DNA of 63,790 nt, counting the filler, from Trichosphaerium sp. ATCC 40318 (lineage: Eukaryota > Protista > Tubulinea), in assembly GCA_038496445.1 (NCBI GenBank). It is 5 parts of 5 records of this genome, joined end to end, with 100 filler letters (N's around TTAATTAATTAA, not from the genome) between each part and the next. Parts side by side here need not be neighbours in the genome. Positions count along the whole stretch, not along the records: positions 17,218 to 41,184 come from JALMLS010000088.1; positions 41,285 to 52,125 come from JALMLS010000239.1; 3 more parts are not named here. One strand, 5' to 3'. The number at the start of each line of letters is the position of its first letter. Positions within the stretch are counted from its first letter, which is position 1. The translations under genes were made by a program, and so were the position numbers. This document shows, one piece after another, positions 34,527-45,876 of this stretch. The notes under the pieces were generated by a model. It searched no databases and was not told the DNA's origin. It worked only from the letters and a program-made list of their open reading frames with translations.

Positions 34527-36085
34527 ATACATCGTGCTTGGTGTGAGGAGTTCATTCTTCATTTCTTCCTCAGTGTCGAAGGAGACGATGGCGAACCCTC
34601 TGCATACGTCGTTGAAGTACGAGCAGGCTGGAACGATTTGTTGCTTCTTGATTCTGTCGTTGAAGGCTTCGTAAAGGTTGTCGATGGTTCTTCTTATCGA
34701 AATGCGTGGGAGGTTTTCAATCGCCAAGGTTCTGTTTCCAAGAGGGTTGGTGGTGATGACGAGGTTGATGACGCAATCTGCAACACCAAGCGGACCAGTG
34801 TTTTTGTAGGCTTGGTTCCTGCCAATGTGATCCACAAAAACCATTTTACTGTAGGAGTTCTTGATCCATGAGGCAGTGATACATCTTGCCGTGCATTCGT
34901 GGGGGAGGAGGTGGTTGGAGTGTTGTTCTTCGACGATCTCTTCGGCGGTGAGGATTGGTACGTTTTGTCCTTGTTTGTAGCCACCGTTGCGTTGTATTCT
35001 GACAATAGCTGGGGAGACATCTGAGACTGCGAAGGCTTCAGCGTTTTCTTCGCTTCGGTAGACTAGCTTGGCGAGGGTTTGAGCGTCTTCGAGATTGTGG
35101 AGGACAGCGTAGGTCATGCCAATGTACTGGATGCCGCCGGTGAATCTTACAATTTTGATGTCACCTCTGATCGAATTGATGAAGACTTGTACTTCACATG
35201 GATCGTCCTTGTCATACATTACTACGAGAAGGGGGTAAAAGGAGCCTTTCTGCACAAATTCTTTGGTGTAGCGGTAAGTTCGAGGAGGTACGTGCGTGTC
35301 CTGGATCTTTTTCCTAAGGACTTGCGAGCAGATGACTGGGAGGTCTGTGTTGTTGGTCGTGGAGGTGATGATCTCAACAGAGTCTTCATCATCGCTGTCT
35401 AGGCCTGGAAGGTCGAGTTGTCTTGTTGTCATGTTCGATACTTGATACAATTTGTGTGTATTGACTTTACATGTTTGGTATGTTGCGAGGTATTTATTCG
35501 GAGGGTTTGTGGAGGGGATGTACTGGTGGTTTACGTTTATCACGTGTTTGTAAGACTGTTTTAGAGATTTTATTTTACATTTTCGGAAAATTTGTTTATT
35601 TGGTTTTTTGTACACTTCATTGTCTTTCCGGGGTTCTTCTGAGGTGTTGTTTCCTGTTTTATTTTCTCGAGGTAAATTTTTAGTAAGGTACATAAAAAAG
35701 TAGGTAAATTTATCGGTTAAAGTTTTTTGCTTGTTTGGTTTTGCGCGGTGAGGTTGTGTAAGGATTTCTGGACGGTTCGAGGGGTTTACGTAGACGTTAT
35801 GGGGTGTTACGGGGTGTTTGATATCAGAACATTCTTTAACTCTCTTTACGCTGTTTCTACCGACTGTGTGACGTACTTGTGGGTCTTTGTAGTGTACGGG
35901 GTCTTTCGACTGAGGTTGCAGTGTTGTAGCGCTTGGAGAGCTAATGATTGTTCTTTTTGGTATCAGTGTCAGGAAGAGGTGCCTTCCGGAAAGAAAAAGA
36001 AGTTTTTTTTCTGATCTCAACGCTCTGTACACCAATTAAGCCTTTGGCAATTAAGCAAGAAGAAAACAAGTCTCAAAGTGCCAAC

Positions 36086-37661
36086 ATGGCCGCCAAGACG
36101 CAGTATGATTCTGTATCTCTCACATCAGACACTTTTGACGTAGATGAAACTGAAGCACAAACATCTGTAAGAACGTTTGCTTAAAAGTGACTGCTTTTAA
36201 TTTAATTACGTAGGTTATTGTTCCTAAACCCGGTTTTTGGACAGGAAAGAAGAAATTAGTAATCATACTCATTGTAACCATTTTAATTATTCTTGGTGGA
36301 GTTTTCGCCGTTATTTTCCTTACAGACGAAGGACCAAGTACATTAACACTGCCTTTACAAAACGATTTACCTTTTATTTGTTTAGGACAACATCGCAATG
36401 TCATCTTTTTAGTACCAGATGGCTATGGTCCAGCGTATACTACACTTACAGTACATATGAACGGTGATAAACCACTAGAGATGGATTCATACCTTGTGGG
36501 CACTTCACGAACTCGCTCAGCTGATAGGTACACAGCACAAAACGTAACAAGAAAAAATCTCCAAGTGTCACCATTTTCATGAAGTTATTTACTACACCTT
36601 TTCTTTTTACGTTTCGTGTAATCTCACTTTTTTAGTCCTGTGACTGATTCAGCTGCTGGCGCAACATCTTGGGCGTGTGGACTACGTACAAACAATCACT
36701 ATCTAGCTGCGACACCAGAGAATACATCTTGTGGTACGACGTGACGTTAATATAAGATCTAATATTTTACACAAAAATTTCTGATTCCCGTTTTCTTATT
36801 AATAAACACAAAAAGGGACTCTTATGGAAGCTGCTATGAATCAGAAGAATATGAAAGCTGGTTTCGTTGTAACGAGCGAAGTAACACATGCAACACCAGC
36901 AGCTTTTACTTCACACTCTATAAGCAGGTAAAACAGAACGACACTTATATTAATTGACTTCCGTATCTCATTTTTTTCCTTTCTACAGATACTGGAAAGA
37001 GTTCATTGCTGGTCAACAGATTAAGAGTGGACTAGAAGTGATGTTTGGTGGTGGACGTACTGTATTCACACAGGATAATAATACACTATGGAAAGAGGCT
37101 GAGTCTAACGGGCTTAATATTATTACAACTGCTGCAGAGCTTAGTGGTAAAAATCTTGGGATTTTTTCATTGTCAACTATTTTACTGACGCTGAGTTCAA
37201 GGGGATGTTAAGCTGCCTGTACTCGGGTTATTTGCAGATAAACACTTGGCATTTAGTCTTGATAGGTACATTAATTTTTTCGAACGCGTTTATTGATTGA
37301 ATGCTTCAGGGAAGTCGATGATGTTGAGCCAAGTCTTGTTCAAATGACAAAAAAAGCACTTGATATTTTAAACAAAGGTATTTTCTCTCGTTCTCTTGCT
37401 CTACTTCCCTTCTAATGACATCAATGTATTATTAGATAATAAAGATGGGTTCTTTTTACTTGTTGAAGGTAGTCGTATTGATCACTGTGGTCACATAAAC
37501 GATCCATGTACGATTTACTACTATGCTTAATTTTTTACTTATTGTACCTAGCATGTGCTTACCATGAAGTAAATGCTTTTGATGAGGCGTTTAAAGCAGT
37601 AATTGACTTTGCTAAAGAAGATAAAAACACTTTAGTAGTATCTGTAGCTGATCATGAGACA
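36086..37661 (+). CDS. Alkaline phosphatase (type II membrane, Pho8-like), truncated after ADHET
   Basis: N-terminal TM; NVIFLVPDG, VTDSAAGAT, THATPAAF, FFLLVEGSRIDHCGH, VADHET. Confidence 0.92.
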
Positions 37662-38740
37662 GCCAATGCCAAATTCTACGACTAAAAAGACATAATAGCA
37701 ACAAGAAAAAACAAGTATAAAGGGAAAAGCATAGAAACTCATAGGAGGAGACTTCAATGTAGTACTAGACAAAGAACTAGACAGATGGTGCAAAGACAAA
37801 AACATGAACCGTTCTTACCATCAAGAAATGAAGAACTAGACAACCTCATCAAAGAACACAACCTCCACTGCAGCCTCAGAGAAACACACCCACATAAAAG
37901 AACATACTCTAGATTTGGAGCAGACAACCAAGACGAACACTCCTTTTATAGAACCAAAGCCAGAATTGACTACTTTCTCACAAATAAGTCACTATACCAC
38001 CAAGTACTTGACACCGAATAATACACCAATACAGCGATAGACAGTGACCACCGCCTGTCAAAATCAGTACAATTTGCAAACTTAAACAACGATAAAGAAG
38101 TAATAACACTCCCACAGATGAAACCCTCGATCAAATACGACTCAAAAGACGAAAACCAATCAACTTCATCGCCAACATAGACACAACGCCCCAAATCGAA
38201 AAAGAATTCCAAAATAAACTCAAGAAGGCAATACATCTGGCCTCACTCCTTGTAAAAAACTCATAAATAAACACATTTACGAAAAATGCGAATCAGAACT
38301 TGGCACAATCGAGAGAATAGAAAGAAAACATACTCTGAACAGAAACTAAGAAACTCAAAGCAGCGAAATCCCTCACCTCAGAAACCATAAGGAAAATTGA
38401 CATACATGATCAAAAACTCACACCAAAAATGCTAAATAAAGCTGAGGTAGCCCTAGCAAAAGCCCTTGCCATTATCTCCAAACAGGGCTGAAACTCAGCT
38501 AGGCATTGCCTTAAAAAATGATGCATATTCCTAAACATTTGGCATTAGATGGCAAAATCAAGGCATTTGCATTTGGCAATGCCCAATAAATAAGGCATTT
38601 TTACAAAAAGGCAATGCCTTCATCAAAAAGGCATTTTGTAGGCATTTTTGGGCATTTTTTTCATTCATTCTTTCTCCTTGTATTGATTTTTTGATCATTG
38701 ATAAAATCAAGTAATGCAAGTATTAAGTACTTTATGTTTG
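37659..38740 (+). repeat. Inverted, indel-rich duplicate of the LINE endonuclease segment plus the family-A junction
   Basis: Reverse complement of ~29950-31047, including the same ATCTCCAAA|CAGGGCTG junction at 38483. Confidence 0.9.
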
Positions 38741-38949
38741 GTTATCATTCCAATAACATTCTTTGATAATGGGAACTACACCAAAAAAAGTCTTGACTTT
38801 TTTTTTTGGCATTTTGGAGGGGATATCTTTTGCTGTTTACCCAGTTGTATGATTATAAAGTATTACAGTACCCTGATTTTTTGTTTGTTGGAATATTGTA
38901 TGTATGTTGCACTTTATACCAAGGACTTACCACTTCCTATCACCCAGCA

Positions 38950-40852
38950 CAAAGAGTCAGAAATAAATTTTTGTTACTCCGAAAAATTAACTTGTTACTC
39001 ACTCAAACACCCATAGCAGTGATTTTGAGGGCTTTTTTGGAATAGGCGTTGAGTGTCATAGAAACATTCACCTATTCAGTAGCATTGCTGTAAATCTAGT
39101 CAACTGCCTAGAAGAAGGTAAGGGAGTAGCCTATTTACTAAGACGGCATACTTTTGTTGTGAAGTTTTACCACTCTGTTTAAAACGATTCCAATCCCAAC
39201 CATACCCATCGTGTAAAAGTGATAATGCTCTAGGCCAATATTTGCGTAACCTTATTCCTCCCACAGCCTGTAAATGCAGAAGTGACACGTGATACCTGCA
39301 AATAACGGTAAGATTTTTTGTTGAAAAAACAGCTTAGTGTTCCTTTACCATTCCGTTGGTCTGGTGATGTGTAAAGCCTCTTTGGCCTGTTCTAAGAAAC
39401 TCTTTTGGTTTTCTTCACACCAATGACGTTGTGCCCCCTTCCAGTCGTATGAAGGATACAGAGCTTTCAAAGCGTTGAAAGCTCCAAAGTGTCTAAAACG
39501 GTGTGAAACAAACAGTTAAATGTTCTGGTATTAAAACTATGTAAAGTTTCTATACGGCTTACCTTTTTGCTATAGGACCGTTTTCGCGTACTATTTTGCG
39601 TAAATTACCACGTGTGTACCATCCATCTAGTGTCTTTATTTGATATTTTTCTCCGATATCATCAAGAGCCCGTCTTTGGTTTCTAGGATCATCCCAGTAG
39701 TATTTAGGCGCTTGGCTATATAAACAAAACGCATTACCCTAAATGTTTACACTAAATGCCTTACGTGAAACACTTCGTATCCCAATTGTACCGTGGATAT
39801 AATGTCTCAAGACACTTTGAAAGGGAGCAACTGTAAACATTCCTTTACAAAAATCCTGTAAGCGTGAAGTTTCTTTTTTCGAACATACAATAAGCGCGTC
39901 GTATTCCTCTCAGAGACGTCTTCGACTCGAATTTTATACCAGTCATCCATTGTCTTTACATCAAGCCTCTCTCCTGAGGTATTCATGACATGTTTATGAA
40001 TTTCCACAGAGCTCCAATAGCCAGGAGCACGGTAACTAATTTAAAACTTACAGGTTTTTGCATCACAAATCACAACGTACTTGAGCCTTTGAGCATCCCA
40101 AGGATGATTCGGGAAGGAGGAGGATAGTGCATCTAGAAGATTACAGCATTTCCTTGTTTTGTTGTCGTACCTGAGCGGGAATTACTAGACTAAGGAGGTA
40201 CAAATACGTACAAAAAACTTTTAGCACCGCTCTTCATAGCATCTTTGAACGATACCCTGTACCAATCATCAAGTATTTTACAATTTAATCTCCTGCCAAC
40301 CATATTAACGGCATCCTTTCTATTATCTCTATTATCCCAATGACCACGTGGAGCCTGTCTAAAACAACCTTATCAATAAACTTGCTTTGTTCTGTGTTTT
40401 TCCAAAACCACCTGAAACGTTGCTTGTCCCACGTGTATTTATTGTAAACTGAACAAATGCAACTTGAGATAGAACCGTTATAAACCCTAATAAAGTATAA
40501 AATGGTAGGCCACCTTAACAACAAGGAGAAAGAAGTGTACGTGTTTAACAATGCTCTGGCTGAAAATGATGACAGTGTTTTTTTCCCTACAGCATACCAC
40601 TCGTCTAATTGCTTGATTTTTAGGCGTTCACCGACGTTATCAAGCTCTTTTCGCTGATTTAAGATATGGTGTTTTGATTTGCTTCTAACGCTCCATTACT
40701 TGTTAAATTATTCAAAAAGCGCGGTAGGTGAATGATACTAACCTTTTCGCAACCACACGCATAATTCAGCGGTGAGTGTATTAGGTTTACACTGAGTAGT
40801 GCCTAACGTACTTTGCGTAGTAGTTTACAACGAGGCATACTTGTGTTGACAT
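38950..40852 (-). CDS. Trp-rich tandem-repeat protein (YW...NQ...IG...LDxWY repeats); ends approximate
   Basis: Repeats such as YWDDPRNQRRALDDIGEKYQIKTLDGWY and GERLDVKTMDDWYKI; pattern recalled from expanded amoebozoan hypothetical families. Confidence 0.6.
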
Positions 40853-40891
40853 TTGGTTTATTCTAGAATTGTCTATCATCCTCAAATCACC

Positions 40892-41184
40892 ATGATTCGC
40901 ATCACGTTAGTTTGTGCTGTTCTACTTTTAGCTGTACAGGCACACAGAGTCTCATTTGAAACTGGTGCTAGAGAAAGCGAGCATTGGGAACGCGGACGTA
41001 CGTTTATATCACTAAGCAATCCATAACCAGTGTAACAGAACGTGGAAAGCCAACCGAAACGTTGGAGTTTGTTATTGCTCTGAAACAACAGAACGTACAA
41101 CAACTAGAGGCCATGTTCTGGGATGTCAGCAACCCTAAATCGTCAAATTACGCTAATACCTTACTTTGGACGAGGTTCACGCTA
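40892..41184 (+). CDS. Sedolisin/tripeptidyl-peptidase I (S53) signal peptide and prodomain, truncated
   Basis: Signal peptide; IALKQQNVQQLEAMFWDVSNPKSSNY matches the Pro-kumamolisin motif. Confidence 0.8.
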
Positions 41185-41284
41185 NNNNNNNNNNNNNNNN
41201 NNNNNNNNNNNNNNNNNNNNNNNNNNNNTTAATTAATTAANNNNNNNNNNNNNNNNNNNNNNNNNNNNNNNNNNNNNNNNNNNN

Positions 41285-41495
41285 CAACAAGAAATCAAAG
41301 ACATTGAAGCAGTACCTTTACCGAGCAAGAAAATAAGAACACCTTCGTTTCTTGCTGCAATAGCATAGAATAGCGGAGTATCTCCTCTATTGTTTGTAGC
41401 TTCTAGTGATGCGCCTTTTTCAAGAAGAATCTTTGCGTTTTCGATAGTACCACGTGCTGCTACCAAATGAAGTGCAGTTTCTCCATCTTGCTGAC
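41285..41495 (-). CDS. Ankyrin-repeat exon(s), partial
   Basis: DGETALHLVAARG...LLEKGA...GDTPLFYA. Confidence 0.85.
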
Positions 41496-42424
41496 AGTTG
41501 AGTTTTTTTCTTTTTCGTTTATTGAGACGTACGTATAGTTTTTCCATCATGTCCTAGTGTAGCCAGAGTATACCCAAACGGATAACCTCCTGGTTGATAA
41601 TTGTAATTAACTCCGCCGTGTTGAGTGTAAAACGGAGAAGCATCTAATCAATCATTGGTTAGTACGATTCACAAGCAGAAAAAAAAAACCACGTGTACAT
41701 TGAAACTGTGTCATTGGGTATTCAGGCTGGTTGGGATCCATTGGTTGATATGCGATATCGATATCTTTATAAACCGCTGTTAGAATGGGACACAAAAAAG
41801 AATGTGTCTGTACCCATATTTACCGGATTGGTTATCCTATCGATTTCGTACGTTACTTCTACAGTATCGGAATAGCCTTGTACTATTGCGACAACAATTA
41901 ACAGAATGATCTAGAGGAACAAATAAAACGCACCAGCTTCTACGAACATTCCTAATTTCATGGGAACGGTATAGACTGGCATTTGTATATCAGTAATGTT
42001 CGAAGCGTTAGTATTTTGGTACAGTTTGTATTGATATTGTCCGTTTTCTGCGACAAAATATACACGGCAAGGAGGGATAAGTCTTACTCCTGCAATCATT
42101 TGAGCTAGTAGAATATTTAGAAAATTATAACTTCGTATCACGTGATAGAAATCAAAAGTGTACAAGTGAAATAACGAAATGATAAATGATTTACGTTACT
42201 GACTGTACACTGAGTACCAAATAAAAAACGTACTTATTACAGACTCTCCACATTTTATTCTTGGGTGCGAAATTCTGTCTATGCGAGGTGCCAGTACACC
42301 ATATCCTGTATTAACAGTCAGGGTTATGTAATAACTTGTCAACACTTTACCTTCCACACTATCATTCTCACTTGTCACTTACCGCGCGTTTTCGTGTTAC
42401 CGTGCTATAACTCTTAAATGGAAG

Positions 42425-44337
42425 TTAAACTGGCTTCGTAAGGTGTTAACTGTTAAACAAGTGTGAAGGTGTTTATTAACACTTAAAAAAAAAGGTTGTA
42501 CGTGAAGTGAAGTATCTGGAAGCAGTAGGGAAGCACCCTAATATTATTGGGTATAAGCACAGTTGGCTGGAACAAGCAAAGTTGGCCGACTTTGGTCCAC
42601 AAGGTACGCTTTTTTGGTTTTTGCTATTTTTTCTTCTTTGTGGAAACTATCAGCTTAGTACCTTGCTTGTATATCCTCATGGAGTTCGCTAATGGAGGCA
42701 ATCTTGGTCAGTATATAAAAAACAATGAATCTATGCTTCAAGAGGATTTGGTGTGGAAATGTACGCGTTTTTGTTAGCGTTAGAAGGAACGTGGATTTAC
42801 TTTTTTTTTCGAAGTTTTTGTGGATATTTTACTAGGATTGGATTACCTCCACAACGCAAATATGCACGTGATTTTTAACGTAAAATAAATCCAATAACGG
42901 TTGTTATAGTATACATCGTGATATAAAGGCAGAGAATGTTTTAATTCACTCAGATCCTAACGAAGGTGACTTGGGTGCAAAAGCAATGATAACAGATTTT
43001 GGTACATGGTTCGTCCCAGTTGTTTTCTGTTTTTTTTCGTATCACGTGGTGACCTATGCCTCTAAATCAATAAAGTATATCAGAATCAAAGCGTTCTAAA
43101 CGGAGTGGGCATACTGGTACTATAGAGTATTCAGCTCCAGAGATGCTTAAGGATAATTACGGTACATATTTTTCCTTTGATATTCTGAGAATTCTGCGCT
43201 CTTTTTTTTATTTACACTAGCGTTTAGGTGATTTTCAAGATTTTGATAAAGCATGTGATATATGGAGTCTTGGCGTGATACTATATTTTATGTCTTACGG
43301 GTACAAGAAGGATAAAAACGCTCCGCCCTTTGTTTGTTTATTTACTTTAAAAAAGGGACTTACCTTGGGCACAGAAAAGACGTGATACTGCCGAAGGTAT
43401 TATAGCTCTAGAACGTGAAATCAAGGAATTTTCTGGAGACAAGTATGTTAAGAAATTCTAGCGGTTTCATGTTAATTTGACTCAATTTTTCATCGTTTCA
43501 AAAGCGTACTTAGTACTCACAAACAATTTTTGTTGCAGTATGACATTTCCACCTGGGAGATCTCCTGAACTCGAAAACGTGATATCTAGCTTATTAGTAC
43601 CTAATCCAAAAGAAAGACCTTCTACAGAGTCTATAATGAACTTTCAATGTGTTCAAAGAGAAATGATACGAAGAGGTGATTATGAAGAGACTTTTGAAGA
43701 AAACGAACACAGTAACTTTAATGTGCAGTTAGTAACTGTTTCATTTCCCATGCACTCATTTATTCTATTTTTTCTAAAGGTACCAATCACCTTTCAAACA
43801 AAAACTGCCGTCAGGATGAGCTGTTGTTTGGTAGTTTCTTATTTTTTTCTTACAATATAGGTATGCGTTTTATTCGCTTTGTCTTTCGATAGCTATGTTG
43901 GTCGCACTATTGCTGTATCTTATATATTATTGGCTGGTATAACTCTTATTCTTCGTACTCTACGTGCTGCCAGTAACCAAGCCATCGTTGGTTTCGAGTT
44001 ATGTCAGCTTTTGATTTCTTGGATTTTTACGGCTGTTTTGGGCGGTTCTAGTGTTTTAATTTACTTAATGTCGCTTTTTGTTTTTGTATTATCGGTTTCT
44101 TCATTGCGTATAAAAACAGAAAAACGTGTTTCGAAGGTACGTGACATAAAACTCATTCTTTTTTTGTAAAGTAAATTGTTTGTTGTAGAACTCGCCGACA
44201 ATGTCTCGACGTAGCAAGAGTAGGACTAGAAGACGCAGGAGCAAGAGTAATAATGAGATTCCAATAGAGCCAGTTATGTTTGAGGATAAACTTGTTGTTT
44301 GGAATAGCACAAAATCTCCAAGACGCAGCAACCATTA
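42425..44337 (+). CDS. Ser/Thr protein kinase, IKS1-like, with hydrophobic C-terminal segments; N-lobe start not found
   Basis: REVKYL...HPNIIGYKHSWLE...FGPQ/VPCLYILMEFANGGNL, IHRDIKAENVL, ITDFG, GHTGTIEYSAPE, DIWSLG. Confidence 0.85.
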
Positions 44338-44398
44338 AAAAAAAGGACTTTGCTTTTTTTTTCTTTTTGTTATGTACATTCCCTTTAAATAAACAACA

Positions 44399-45747
44399 GG
44401 GACGATTTTTGTAAGCGGTTCACACCTCTCATATCAATGCTTTATCCTGTGTGAATGTACCTTTGGAATGAATGGCTCTATTGTTACGTTCTAAATGTGG
44501 AATAAATTATTTACTTTTTTACTTGTTTTTTGGCGTTTTTTTTTAAGACTTAACTAAAAAGCGTCAACTGAGCTTCATTGCTCACAAACACATTAATCAA
44601 GCCAATGTTAGTTATAAACGGTGCTTAAAAAGCAATAGAAGCGTTATAGTCTAAAACAAGGATTATGGTACCAAAATATGAACAAGTGTATACAAAGTAC
44701 CTTTAAACGACGTTTATTGCACGTGAAACACTGAAAACGTTAGTTTGTGGTGTAAAGAATGAAGAAAAAGCGAGTTCCCAAAATTAGCAATTACACAAGC
44801 TTTGACAAGCGTTTAAATTACTAAAGTGTTGTCTAACGCTATTTTTAATGTATTTAGATTAGTTTTAAGCTTGTCGAGCCTTGTGTAATTGATAAATTCC
44901 AATATTCTGTACTAATGGACCATTAAGCGATTTTTGGATTTAAATACCTCAAGAGCTAATTGACCATCCCACACTTTTCATAGTGGTAGTCAATAATTGT
45001 GGTATTGCACAGTGTAATTTATAGCAATAGTTGATGGAGTGTAGTGACACAGTTTCTTTGAACCTGGTTTTGGAAAATCTTGCAGTATCTCCATGTAAAA
45101 ACTAAGCTCTGTCTCTAAAACTCTTATAGTGGTAAAACATATATACATCAAGCTTTGTGGCTATCTGATGCAATAAAGTACCCAAGCAAGAGTGAGTTTT
45201 TTGACATTTTCATTTAAATATTATGTGCATCAACTTCTTTGAAAAAGAAACCTCTGTGTTTTGATACCTAAATTATCAAATACGCTATAACTGCAAATAT
45301 GTACACAATGATTTATTGAGCAACTGTCAGCAAAAGGAAAGATTTGAAAAAGGTATCTGTGGGTTGGAATGATTGTTCAAAAGAATGACAAATTTACAAC
45401 AATCAGGTATAGAGACAGGTGACGATAGCTTTATGTGGTACACTGAAAGTGATAAAAAATGTCTTAAACGAAAGAATGTATTCTTTACTCACTATTCTGT
45501 AGAAGAATTACCTGCAAAACATGGTGGTGATAGAGGAGAAGAATATGATCCCAGGCAGGAAAAACTCAGTTTTCGTTTCAATGAAATAGTTGATTGAAGC
45601 ACACTATTAATTACCAGCAAGTTCTGGTTAATATAAGTTATAGACACATATGTGTTCTGAAGCATAGCAAAAAGTTGGGCATAAATAACGTTTTTGAGGT
45701 GTGCTAAAATTTTTTTGAAAGTGTGAACTGCTTACAAAAATCGTCCC
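44399..45747. mobile_element. Non-autonomous or degenerate TIR DNA element, family C (~1.35 kb)
   Basis: 27-bp TIR GGGACGATTTTTGTAAGC(G/A)GTTCACAC; CA(G) flanks on both sides. Confidence 0.85.
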
Positions 45748-45876
45748 CAGTAAAAAAAGCTTTTTACCAGTTACACAAGAAGTAATCAATGCTCGGTTCT
45801 TACAGGAAACCTGAATTCTTGTTTTTGTGATAATTTATTCGGATTAAACAACGAAAATGAGGAGTTAGTTTTTCTG

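Larger units (their letters stand above)
31818..35432 (-). pseudogene. LINE ORF1 with RRM, split by insertions 33495-34526 and 32049-33085
   Basis: RNP2/RNP1-like TLAIENLP...RGFAIVSF; removing the 33495-34526 insert and one AT copy restores PSTMY-VGNLYKN in frame; acidic/basic C-terminal tail with small indels. Confidence 0.75.
25497..36010 (-). mobile_element. Full-length non-LTR retrotransposon (L1-group-like, with RNase H) carrying three nested DNA-element insertions
   Basis: 7-bp TSD CTGATCT (25490-25496, 36011-36017); 3' tail AATAAAA(GTAAA)n; ORF1 plus ORF2 (APE-RT-RNH-CCHC). Confidence 0.92.

Noticed and set aside
35433-36035. 200-aa N-terminal extension of LINE ORF1
   Set aside because: It begins at a TTG outside the TSD-defined element and is A-rich, low-complexity sequence; more likely 5' UTR, although its open frame cannot be fully dismissed.
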